The notes under the pieces: generated by a model
Database searches by the model: none
Seen by the model: only the letters and a program-made list of their open reading frames with translations
Told to the model about the DNA's origin: nothing
Virus record (IMG/VR): IMGVR_UViG_3300010163_000001
Span: 96,001-160,000 of that record
Length of the DNA: 64,000 bases
Reading direction: 5' to 3' (one strand)
Source of the DNA: a virus
Lineage: Duplodnaviria; Caudoviricetes
In this document: one piece after another, positions 18,729-27,888 of the stretch
Position numbering within the stretch: the stretch's first letter is position 1
How the letters are laid out: each line of letters begins with the position of its first letter
Made by a program: the position numbers and the translations under genes

Positions 18729-19421
18729 TTATTTTATATTAACTCTTATCACGCCAATTATTGCAGATTTATCAATCTTATTGATATCTCTTTCAATATA
18801 AACGTATGGAACATATCTCTGTTTTCGAATTTCATCAAATTTATATAATGTATTCATTATGGGGATTATATTGCCTAGATCATCTTTAGGATCCTTCTGT
18901 CTTTTCATTTCTTTAAAAGCAAAGTTTACCAGAAATCTTAGAGTTTCTTCAACACTTGATCGTTTTAATAATTGACCTTTTTGAGATTTATATTGCGAGG
19001 ATGTAATAATATCTTTAAGTCTCAATTCCTTTAATAAGTCAACAAATACCTTTGATAATTCTTCTTCATTCATTCGCCGATATCTTTGGATAGTAACTGA
19101 ATTGGCGTTGATAATATTTATGTTAAAAGAATCAAAATATTTTATTTTATACAATAATTCATCGCATACTTCTCGTATGCTTTTATCAACAAACCCTATT
19201 ATTGTATCCGGATCAACATTATCATATAAACCATAAATAAACACGTTGACATAAGGATTGCTTTCATCCTCACAATGAGCTTCAACTGAAAATTGTAAAT
19301 TAGAATAATATGGATTCATGTTTATAGCTCTTCGAAATACCTCATAACAAAAAGACCCTCGATCTCTTATCGGTTCACTATTGTGTAATGATAAAACTTC
19401 TCGAATTTTTTTTAAACTCAT
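18729..19421 (-). CDS. Hypothetical protein
   Basis: 230-aa ORF with AAGGAGG RBS; no recognised motif. Confidence 0.7.
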   Translation of the reverse strand: MSLKKIREVLSLHNSEPIRDRGSFCYEVFRRAINMNPYYSNLQFSVEAHCEDESNPYVNVFIYGLYDNVDPDTIIGFVDKSIREVCDELLYKIKYFDSFNINIINANSVTIQRYRRMNEEELSKVFVDLLKELRLKDIITSSQYKSQKGQLLKRSSVEETLRFLVNFAFKEMKRQKDPKDDLGNIIPIMNTLYKFDEIRKQRYVPYVYIERDINKIDKSAIIGVIRVNIK

Positions 19422-19469
19422 ATTAGATTCCTCCTTTTATTTTCTATTCAAGAATATTATATTTGTATT

Positions 19470-19506
19470 AAGACAGAGAGTAATTTTCAATTTCACTCTC
19501 TGTCTT
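19470..19506 (-). terminator. Putative terminator hairpin after the RNAP subunit gene
   Basis: AAGACAGAGAGT...ACTCTCTGTCTT, 12-bp inverted repeat. Confidence 0.6.
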
Positions 19507-19512
19507 GGGTCC

Positions 19513-21963
19513 TTAAACTAATGATACACCTTTGTTCTTAGAAGCTGTAATTATCATTTCTTTTATTTCCTTCGGAATGTTTAATTCTTCTACTTCTGGA
19601 AGTTTGAATATCTCTTTCCATACGTAATCTTCTTTTTCTCCAGGATAGGATTCCATGAAAGAGATACTTTCCATTTGATCTATGAATTTTGCAAATAACT
19701 TCACATACATAGAACGATTCATTGGAGTATCATATATCGTAAATTCTCCTATTTGTAAAGGCATAATAGCATCTTCTATCATAATATCATCATATTCATG
19801 TTCCTTCACAAACTTTGTCCTTAATCCTATACCTTTCAATTTCGCGTTAAAAATGTCCGCATTTGTATTAATATAATTATCCTTTACTACAAGTCTCTTG
19901 ATTTCCAATGGATTTCCATCTGTCTCTAAAATTTGTTTTAATGCTTTCTTTCCAAGAGTAGAAGAACGCATAAAGATATTATATTCCGCCAATAATCTCC
20001 CAGATATTGCAGCCATCAAATTATAAGCTTCACCAATTCGCACTGGTGATTTTGAATATTGACTGCGATTATCTCTCTTTGTGGTGTCTTTAACAGGGAG
20101 ATTCGCTCTATCAATTCGAAAAGTGCTTCTTGCAGAGAAGTTCTTGTTATTATTATGCTTGAGAACCATCATATATTTCTCAGCAACAATACCATCCTTA
20201 ATAATTCTTCTTCTTTTCGTTCCAAATATATCAATATACAATGGAAGTGGTTTGATAAAATCGAAAGTGTCATAAATCTTTCGTATTGTTTCATATCGAA
20301 TCGGAGAATCTTGTTCCTTTCGAATATAAAATCCATGTTCTTCTACATTTCGTATAAATCTTTCTTTCTCTTTCTGATTAACTAATGCAATATTATGACT
20401 TCTAATTGTTAACTTTTGATCAAATGAATTATACATATCATAGAAGAAATTACATTCAGACTCATTAATCAATCCCAAATATTCGAATATTAAGTCTTCT
20501 TTTTCTTCCATTGTATCTAACGATACTACTTTCTTACGAATTTCCTCTGAACAGAAATTCAAATCCAATTCGTCTAATTGTCCAGGATTTAATCTTCGAA
20601 GTGCTCCAGATGCATTTAACATAATATCAACAGGATACTCATCAGTATAAGGCATCTCAGAATCCGGAACTATTTCTATATTAGATGCCAATTTTGCACG
20701 CTCTTCATCATTGATCGGTCTTCCTAACATGTCTAATATGGAGTCTATTGTATCAGTTATCATATCAGCAACACCTGGTTCTGAAACCACATTTGAAACT
20801 ACTCCTTTATCTCCATACCTACCGGCAACTTTTGACCCGGGTACTAACCCTAATACGGATTGAACCTTAAATTCCACTATCATATTTCCAAACGGTTTAT
20901 TTTTCTCTTTTCCACACCAAAGCCATTCCGGATCATTGAAATGCTGATATTTACTTTTGAAGAACGGAATATTATCTGTATACTTTGATCCTGACTTTTT
21001 AATCTTACTGCTCCACTCTGTCATCTTATCTGCATATGCACATATCTCATCATACCATCCTTTTAACTGTTTAAAGAAAGTCGTTTCTGGAAATGGATCT
21101 GGATTATTGTAATAAATATTAACATCGTAAATGAAACTGTAATCCGCCTCACCAATGTAATAATCAAAATCTGTACTGTAAATTCTTCTCAGATTATCAT
21201 TCTGAAAATCTGTTACAATATGATCTTTGTTGATTGGTCTTAAAGCCATCAGTACGCTATCTTTAATATTTTCTCCAAAATTTGGGCATATTTGATAGGC
21301 ATTTTCATCCCCATATAAGTTCAGAGGAATATGATTCATATTAATAGGTATCGTTACCGTATCAATTTCGACTGATTTTACTCCATCTGCCCATCCTTTT
21401 CGAATTTTAACTGCGTCTTCTAATGTATCTGTAGAAGTTGAATAATACACTTTCGCATTCTTACCATACCGATAATTCATGTGCTCATCATATGCAGTAG
21501 ACTTATAGATTACTTTATCTGTAATAACATCTCCTACTTCTAGTTCATCCATTACTTTCGTATTATATACAAATCCAAATTTCTCAATTAGATTCTCTGC
21601 AATTGGTTTTTCTATCATATCATATAAATCTTTCTCTGGATTATATAATACGAGTGTATAAATCATTCCGTTTTTAAATTTTCTTATAATATCTTTTACT
21701 TCCCAAGTTCCTTCTAATCTTTTATAAGAGCGATCTTTATTTAATTTTCCTAATGGATTTTCCCATCCAGTAGATATTCTCGGAACATCAGGATTCAATA
21801 AGGTCAAACTTTGTATTGTCTCTGCTGTGTTCATGTATAACCTAGAAGCATCTATATCACTAGGCCATGTCAATAGCGTATTCGCAGACATTTTATAAGT
21901 TTGACCTTCATACATTTCATCCATTTTGACATAGTCATCTTTAAAAGCAATCGCCATCTTCAA
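19513..21963 (-). CDS. rpoB: Phage multisubunit RNA polymerase, beta subunit C-terminal half (probably non-virion RNAP)
   Basis: DASRLYM, EDAVKI, GSKVAGRYGDKGVVS (= GDK.AGRHGNKGVV), VDIMLNASGALRRLNPGQL, KYMMVLKH...FSARST, PVRIGE. Confidence 0.9.
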   Translation of the reverse strand: MKMAIAFKDDYVKMDEMYEGQTYKMSANTLLTWPSDIDASRLYMNTAETIQSLTLLNPDVPRISTGWENPLGKLNKDRSYKRLEGTWEVKDIIRKFKNGMIYTLVLYNPEKDLYDMIEKPIAENLIEKFGFVYNTKVMDELEVGDVITDKVIYKSTAYDEHMNYRYGKNAKVYYSTSTDTLEDAVKIRKGWADGVKSVEIDTVTIPINMNHIPLNLYGDENAYQICPNFGENIKDSVLMALRPINKDHIVTDFQNDNLRRIYSTDFDYYIGEADYSFIYDVNIYYNNPDPFPETTFFKQLKGWYDEICAYADKMTEWSSKIKKSGSKYTDNIPFFKSKYQHFNDPEWLWCGKEKNKPFGNMIVEFKVQSVLGLVPGSKVAGRYGDKGVVSNVVSEPGVADMITDTIDSILDMLGRPINDEERAKLASNIEIVPDSEMPYTDEYPVDIMLNASGALRRLNPGQLDELDLNFCSEEIRKKVVSLDTMEEKEDLIFEYLGLINESECNFFYDMYNSFDQKLTIRSHNIALVNQKEKERFIRNVEEHGFYIRKEQDSPIRYETIRKIYDTFDFIKPLPLYIDIFGTKRRRIIKDGIVAEKYMMVLKHNNNKNFSARSTFRIDRANLPVKDTTKRDNRSQYSKSPVRIGEAYNLMAAISGRLLAEYNIFMRSSTLGKKALKQILETDGNPLEIKRLVVKDNYINTNADIFNAKLKGIGLRTKFVKEHEYDDIMIEDAIMPLQIGEFTIYDTPMNRSMYVKLFAKFIDQMESISFMESYPGEKEDYVWKEIFKLPEVEELNIPKEIKEMIITASKNKGVSLV

Positions 21964-21984
21964 ATTCCTCCTATATAAATATTT

Positions 21985-22362
21985 TTAATAAACGGATTTA
22001 TTTTGATTTAACATATTATTATATTTAGTAATCTTTATCATTTTTATTTTCTTTATAAGTTCATCTGGAACGCCAGTAAGCTGTTTTATATATCCTATCC
22101 CAAGTTCAACATCACAAATCTCCTCTGCTAAAGATACCATATCAATATCTCCGTTTTTTCGTATAAATTTAGATACCTCCTGTTGTAATTCTGAAAGTTC
22201 TTCTATGGCAATTATCAAATTAGCAGTCCCATGAGGTAGAGGATTGTCTTCCATAGCCTCAATCAGCATGTTTCTGTTTAGTGTTATTTCTTTTTCAAGT
22301 TCCTCATCAGACATAACATCATCAATTTTTTCTAACTCTTCTTTAATTTTAGCTAATTCCAT
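21985..22362 (-). CDS. MazG-like nucleotide pyrophosphohydrolase
   Basis: IEELSELQQEVSK...LAEEICDV (EExxE...EExxD). Confidence 0.75.
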   Translation of the reverse strand: MELAKIKEELEKIDDVMSDEELEKEITLNRNMLIEAMEDNPLPHGTANLIIAIEELSELQQEVSKFIRKNGDIDMVSLAEEICDVELGIGYIKQLTGVPDELIKKIKMIKITKYNNMLNQNKSVY

Positions 22363-22427
22363 ATTTCTTATCCTCCTTTTATAAAATAAGGGATTGTTAT
22401 GCTAAATAACAATCCCTATATATTTGA

Positions 22428-23666
22428 TTAAGCTGCTACAGCAGTATCAGTTTCTTTCATTTGCTCTTCATTGGCTTTCATAAAATCACCATAGAGAACT
22501 TTATCATTATTACTTAATTCTTTAGAGCCAAGTAATGCTTCTAAATGAGGCTGTAACTCACCCATGAATGCATCTCGGAATGGTTTTTCACCAAGGAACT
22601 TTGCACGAAAATCCTTTCTACTAAATTTATATTCACTTAATCCATGCATATGAAGAAATGGATTCCTTCCATCAATTAACCCAATTGATTTTGAATATTC
22701 ATATAGAGAATAAATAGGATCAAATCCAATTTCCCCATTAAAGCAAACATCAACTGAACTTCCGACAAATGCAGTTTTTGTTTTTGCAATTTGTAACGAT
22801 GCTTTAACACCATCAAATCCAACATCATCTCTTTTGTACATATTAGATTTAATCATATCTAATCGGAAATAATTCTGACTATAATACTGTGCTGCATAAC
22901 CTCTATTTACTTGCTCATTCGGCTTCAACATCATCAGACCCTTTGGTGCTTGGTTATATGGATCTGGATTTACTTTGGGCACAATATGATTAATCGTAAA
23001 CACGGTAATATTGTATCTCATCATACGATCAAGACAATTTGTGAAGAATCTCGTTACATCCTTTGCTGCTCTTGCTGCATCCATATTCGTTCCGAGATCC
23101 TTATCATTTCTATTATCTCTACTATTAAAGGACGGAAGGGAATCTATCACAAATACAGTAGGAACATAAGCCAAAAACTTCCGATTATCAAAGGACTTAG
23201 ATTCAACCTCGTATTTATATAAGTTTCCACTATTTTCTTTCACTTCACAGATTTGATTAAACATATCCATGACATCTTCAATAGAACTATAATCTTTCTT
23301 TAATCTCAATCGATCGTCCCTTGGGTCTGTTCCTGTTATTTGGACCATTCTAGGTTTCAAGTTCGTCTTTTCACAATCAATATGAAATAACATACCATCT
23401 TCAAATGGCTTGATGATATTAAATCCCATTTGATCTGCAAGAGTGGACTTTCCTGAACCAGTTGGTCCTATAATTGATATAAATGTTCCTCCCATAACTC
23501 CGATAACAGGTACCTTACGGTATGTACCGTCACCATTGTCTATTGTCATCCAAAATCCATTTGCATAATCTAATGGTAAAATACCTGTAGAATAATTTAC
23601 AAATGTATCATTTGATGTAAATAATCCTTTTTTGTCACCTGCGTCTAATTCCGCCATCAAACTCAT
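22428..23666 (-). CDS. recA: RecA/UvsX-like recombinase
   Basis: YSTGILPLD, Walker A GPTGSGKST, HIDCEK, Walker B VIDSL, FTINH, KTK. Confidence 0.85.
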   Translation of the reverse strand: MSLMAELDAGDKKGLFTSNDTFVNYSTGILPLDYANGFWMTIDNGDGTYRKVPVIGVMGGTFISIIGPTGSGKSTLADQMGFNIIKPFEDGMLFHIDCEKTNLKPRMVQITGTDPRDDRLRLKKDYSSIEDVMDMFNQICEVKENSGNLYKYEVESKSFDNRKFLAYVPTVFVIDSLPSFNSRDNRNDKDLGTNMDAARAAKDVTRFFTNCLDRMMRYNITVFTINHIVPKVNPDPYNQAPKGLMMLKPNEQVNRGYAAQYYSQNYFRLDMIKSNMYKRDDVGFDGVKASLQIAKTKTAFVGSSVDVCFNGEIGFDPIYSLYEYSKSIGLIDGRNPFLHMHGLSEYKFSRKDFRAKFLGEKPFRDAFMGELQPHLEALLGSKELSNNDKVLYGDFMKANEEQMKETDTAVAA

Positions 23667-23720
23667 ATTTTAATACCTCCTTTTCAAATAAAAAAATATG
23701 GAGTAGTTTATAAAAATATT

Positions 23721-23753
23721 ATAAGGATGTCATAAATTGTATATGACATCCTT
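23721..23753 (-). terminator. Putative terminator hairpin
   Basis: ATAAGGATGTCATA-AATTG-TATGACATCCTTAT. Confidence 0.7.
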
Positions 23754-23758
23754 ATTTA

Positions 23759-24637
23759 TTACCGTCTCTTCTTATTTTTTCCTTTCTTTCCATGTTTCTT
23801 CGCCGGATATTTCGATTTGTAATCCGAATTCATCTTTTCAATCATATCATCAAGAGAATCCTGTGTTACATAATTATCACAAGGAATTTCTTCTCCTATT
23901 GTGGGGTTATGCTTATTGTTAACTGGTGGCTTATCAGAAACTTCCGGTTTCTGATATTCCATCTTATTGGGTTTCTCTGTAAGTTTTTCTTTTTTATCCT
24001 TAACTGTATAAATTGGGAACGTTTGAGCACCCTTGAATTCTGCTACATCAACATCAGAACAATCAGAACGTTTCTTCAAATAAACAATACCTTCTTCTGT
24101 AAACTCTATCGTATGTTCCGTACACACTGTATGTTTGTCTTCATTATAACCTTCAATGTTATAAGACTCAATTTTAAGTGTAAGGACATCCTTATGATAC
24201 TTATGCGTTTTGTTAAAAAGAGATACATTCGGAACTATAACCATATACGCAATCTTCTTAAACAACGCATCATCATATTCAATATCTCTCCGCTCACTTT
24301 GAATAATAGACCCTCTGAAGATGCGATATTCAAAAGATGATTCAATCGGTTTTAATATACCGTTAAATGGTATTGCAACAATATATACATCAGTGTCAAA
24401 TCGATTTTTGGCGGAGGAATTCATTTTAAATACAGATTTTCCTTCCGAGTTATTACTCATCCAAATTCTTAGATTGTTATCAGAATAATTCTGAGTATCA
24501 GAAATAACGCTTGCTAGTCTGATTTGTTTTTGATTCTGTCCAACACCAATAGAATTAAAATGGGTAATTGTCTGATTACTATTATACTTTGATTCTACTG
24601 TAGTATGGATCAAATCCTTATTTAAAAACTTTAACAT
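23759..24637 (-). CDS. Hypothetical protein with basic C-terminal tail; partial paralog of 24690..25523
   Basis: VAIPFNGILKPIESSFEYRIFRGSII resembles GGYGFNGIISPIRKSPFYTLFNGKFI of the neighbour. Confidence 0.7.
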   Translation of the reverse strand: MLKFLNKDLIHTTVESKYNSNQTITHFNSIGVGQNQKQIRLASVISDTQNYSDNNLRIWMSNNSEGKSVFKMNSSAKNRFDTDVYIVAIPFNGILKPIESSFEYRIFRGSIIQSERRDIEYDDALFKKIAYMVIVPNVSLFNKTHKYHKDVLTLKIESYNIEGYNEDKHTVCTEHTIEFTEEGIVYLKKRSDCSDVDVAEFKGAQTFPIYTVKDKKEKLTEKPNKMEYQKPEVSDKPPVNNKHNPTIGEEIPCDNYVTQDSLDDMIEKMNSDYKSKYPAKKHGKKGKNKKRR

Positions 24638-24689
24638 TTTTTGTTTCCTCCATATCTGGTTTTTTATTTATAGCTTGGTTTTCTTTAAA

Positions 24690-25523
24690 TTAAAGTTTCA
24701 TCTCTATTGTATTTTTCATTTTTTTAACTATATTATGAGGCATATCACTCAAGTGAAATAAATTTCTATTTGGTTTTTCAAATAAATGTTCATTTCCTTC
24801 ATATGGGACATAATACTTAGTTTGTGATTGAATCAGATAAACTCCTTTATCTCTTCTATCCCAACTAAAGTGCCATTCGTGGTTGATCATCATTGGGTAA
24901 TCTAATTTTACAGGGGTGGCTGATTTCAGATCTTTTATAAATTCATAAATATTAAACTTAACACGAATATCTACAAATACGTACACTAATTCAGTCACTG
25001 CTTCTTGATATCCCATTTGATAAGTGAGTAAAGGTTTTCTTAACTTGATAAATTTTCCATTGAATAATGTGTAAAAAGGAGATTTTCGAATTGGAGAAAT
25101 AATCCCATTAAATCCATATCCTCCGATTAATAAAAAGTGAGTATCTGTTTCTTTTTCCTTTTCCTCTAAAGGAATGGGACATTCTATATAGTAAATAATG
25201 GTATGAAATTTTCTTTCATAAAACCCATGTATAACATCAACATATTCAGAATCTGTATAAAGATTCAATATTTTTCCTCCATATGATTCTGACATTTTTT
25301 CTAAAGTTCTAACAAGCGAATCCGAATCTTTATATTCATGATAAACCCGACATGTATTATCTATAATAATTGAAGCAAATGGAGTATCAACATCAATTTT
25401 CGGAATATTTTGATCTGTCTTAATATAAAGATTTATAGATACAGTAACCATTCCTGAAATGGATCTATGTGGAATTATTTTGGTATCAAAATAAAAAAGA
25501 TTCAAATTTTCAATTTTTAACAT
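24690..25523 (-). CDS. Hypothetical protein; partial paralog of 23759..24637
   Basis: 277 aa, AGGAGG RBS, shared FNGI motif. Confidence 0.7.
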   Translation of the reverse strand: MLKIENLNLFYFDTKIIPHRSISGMVTVSINLYIKTDQNIPKIDVDTPFASIIIDNTCRVYHEYKDSDSLVRTLEKMSESYGGKILNLYTDSEYVDVIHGFYERKFHTIIYYIECPIPLEEKEKETDTHFLLIGGYGFNGIISPIRKSPFYTLFNGKFIKLRKPLLTYQMGYQEAVTELVYVFVDIRVKFNIYEFIKDLKSATPVKLDYPMMINHEWHFSWDRRDKGVYLIQSQTKYYVPYEGNEHLFEKPNRNLFHLSDMPHNIVKKMKNTIEMKL

Positions 25524-25551
25524 TTAAAAACCTCCTTTTAACGTCTAGTAT

Positions 25552-25581
25552 TGAACCCCGGGAGAAACATCCCGGGGTTCA
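25552..25581 (-). terminator. Putative terminator hairpin
   Basis: TGAACCCCGGGA-GAAACA-TCCCGGGGTTCA. Confidence 0.7.
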
Positions 25582-25589
25582 TTTAAGTT

Positions 25590-26576
25590 TCATTTTTTCA
25601 AGATTTTTACAATCTTATCCGCATATTTTGTAATCGTATCAGCCAACTTCGGAAAGATACTCTCATCAATATCCATCAAGTTAACACGAAGGTCAAATGA
25701 CTTATTCAGGAACATCTTTTCGATTCTCTTGATATAAAGTTCAATCATCTGCTCACGAAGCTGTTGTGGAGAATTATTTAATTCTTCCAGAGCAAAATTG
25801 GTAAGTGAATCCCAACATTCTCTCACGTCATCGGAATTCTTGTATTTGTTAACTCGATTGACTCCCTCTAATAAGACAAATGTTGCAGCCTCAATTACAT
25901 TATCCTTTCCAAACACATGCCGGAAGAAGTCTCTCCATTTTACATTTCTCTCAAATTCTCCATTCTGCTCTACTTCTGAATAGATTGTATTCAGAGTATT
26001 ATTCAAATAGAATCCAATCTGATATTTTCCAATATATTTCGGTTCCGGTATAGAAGTTAATGCTGTTACCGCAATATATTTCGGGAGTCTGCATTGCTTT
26101 GCGATATTAATCGCGTCTCGTTTAACAATTTTTCTTGCACATTTTAAAAGATCTGCGATGATGATATTGATATCTTTAATCTCATCTACCAATCGCATTG
26201 CTTCTCGTCTGCTGTAATCCCCAGCTTTCCTTTTTTCTTCAATATCGTTAATTTCGTTATTATTTGCATCAATTGCAATATTTGCAATTGATGTGAGAAA
26301 TGTTGCGTGACTTCTGGTAAATTCTCTGTACCCTTCATCCTCAATAACATCTACAATTGCTTCCATTACGAATGGTTTCGTAAATTCGGCATACATCGAA
26401 CTTACAATTTCATTTAAATTCGGAACCTTCTTTGGCTGGAACATCCATTCAATAAAGTCATCATCGTAAAACAGGGAACGTATCATTCTACGCCTTTTCT
26501 TTTTTCCCATATACTTGAAATCTCTTAACACATCCAATGCCATTTCATAATCAAACATTGCCATTTCCTCCTTCAT
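25590..26576 (-). CDS. Hypothetical helical protein
   Basis: 328-aa ORF with an early-type promoter motif upstream (26609-26618). Confidence 0.7.
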   Translation of the reverse strand: MKEEMAMFDYEMALDVLRDFKYMGKKKRRRMIRSLFYDDDFIEWMFQPKKVPNLNEIVSSMYAEFTKPFVMEAIVDVIEDEGYREFTRSHATFLTSIANIAIDANNNEINDIEEKRKAGDYSRREAMRLVDEIKDINIIIADLLKCARKIVKRDAINIAKQCRLPKYIAVTALTSIPEPKYIGKYQIGFYLNNTLNTIYSEVEQNGEFERNVKWRDFFRHVFGKDNVIEAATFVLLEGVNRVNKYKNSDDVRECWDSLTNFALEELNNSPQQLREQMIELYIKRIEKMFLNKSFDLRVNLMDIDESIFPKLADTITKYADKIVKILKK

Positions 26577-26657
26577 TTTTTAATATTTGAATGTTGATTT
26601 CACAATGAAATAATATATATGTCTAATAAAAAAGTAAAAAAATAGGTGCGTACGCAC

Positions 26658-27167
26658 CTAATACTTTCTGCATTCATCTGACATCAATTCCTTTTTTGTT
26701 TCCTGCTTCCAGCGTTTCCTTATATTTTCCAAGTCCTTTTCCGTTGCATTATATTCCTGCCCTGGAATATGCCTGAAATCGTCTAAGGCGTCCCCTAAAA
26801 AAGAAACAGGAATAAATTCTTCGCTTTCCCCTCCATATACTCCGCTTATATCGTATGGGATATCTTTATAAAGGTAGATGATATGCCCAAACGGTGCTGC
26901 CCAGCAGACAGTGCCCCCTGGGAAAGCATCTTCTAACATCCGTGCAAAATAGTAACAATAACCGGTTGCAAATAAACTGTAGATGGTTTCTATAGTATCA
27001 TCACTTGTCCCGCCGTTTAATTCAATATCTGAAATAAATGACAGTACTCTTGTATCCGCATCCGCGCAAAACTGCAGATGCCTGTGGATGAATTCTTTTT
27101 TCATTTTTTCTTTATCCCTTTCGTTTTCCGCTTTCTTTATATGTTTAATGTGTTCTTGTGTTATCAT
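26658..27167 (-). CDS. Hypothetical protein with a Cys/His/Asp arrangement (papain/transglutaminase-like?), directly downstream of the periodic array
   Basis: GYCYYFARML...FGHIIY...PYDISG; AAAGGGGG RBS favours the start at 27167. Confidence 0.6.
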   Translation of the reverse strand: MITQEHIKHIKKAENERDKEKMKKEFIHRHLQFCADADTRVLSFISDIELNGGTSDDTIETIYSLFATGYCYYFARMLEDAFPGGTVCWAAPFGHIIYLYKDIPYDISGVYGGESEEFIPVSFLGDALDDFRHIPGQEYNATEKDLENIRKRWKQETKKELMSDECRKY

Positions 27168-27193
27168 GCCACAACCCCCTTTCAAGTTTGACA

Positions 27194-27222
27194 AACGGCA
27201 TGGGACAAGTTCCCATGCCGTT
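27194..27222 (-). terminator. 12-bp hairpin closing the periodic array
   Basis: AACGGCATGGGA-CAAGT-TCCCATGCCGTT. Confidence 0.7.
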
Positions 27223-27237
27223 CATTTTCAGCTTTCC

Positions 27238-27871
27238 TTTACTTCATAACACCCAACAAGACAAAGCTATTCCATATCTTTACTAAACAACTCAACTCAT
27301 CTCTATACCTCCACACTACATCACTTTGAAGCACAAATCCATAACCATCCATACCTAACTTCACTGCACCCAACATGTCGCAACTACTCCATAACTTTAC
27401 TATACTATTCTTTGCAAGGCTACTCCATTTCTATACAAAACTCAACATGACAGTTCAGCGCCTCAACTTAACTATACTATCATAATATTTCATAGCTTCA
27501 CATCACCTGTTGCTACCAAACGATACGGTACTTTACCATTGCAATACCTCACCCCGCAATACTCATCCATCACATCACAAAACGAATCCTTTCTCTTCCT
27601 TTACTTATCATAACAATACGTTACTCTACATTAACAGTACAACTCATCTCTATGCAGTTCTTTACTTGACTGAATTATTCCCTTACATTTCATCACGTAA
27701 TCAAACCATACCATTCCCCTACTTTACAACACAACTCGTCACATTACCATTCCCAGGCGTCACGCCGCGATACGTTTCCACTCAATTCCGATGCTTTTCG
27801 CCTCATCTCTCAACAAATCCTTTACTTCACTTCACTCCACACAACGAAACCATGCCTTTACGGTGCTTTTC
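27238..27871 (-). repeat. Pentamer-periodic non-coding array: (NNNNC)6-7 + C on the plus strand, i.e. G(GHNNN)6-7 on the minus strand; 36/31-nt units
   Basis: Manual parse, e.g. 27821-27856 TTTAC TTCAC TTCAC TCCAC ACAAC GAAAC CATGC C; nine exact 36-nt units and four 31-nt units; all three minus-strand frames are closed within 27821-27835. Confidence 0.85.
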
Positions 27872-27888
27872 TTATTTATTTTACTTAA

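Noticed and set aside
27238-27871. CRISPR array or TIGR-type array (36-nt period)
   Set aside because: There is no contiguous conserved repeat alternating with spacers; conservation is one or two bases per 5 nt. No cas or Nop-domain gene is recognisable in the window.
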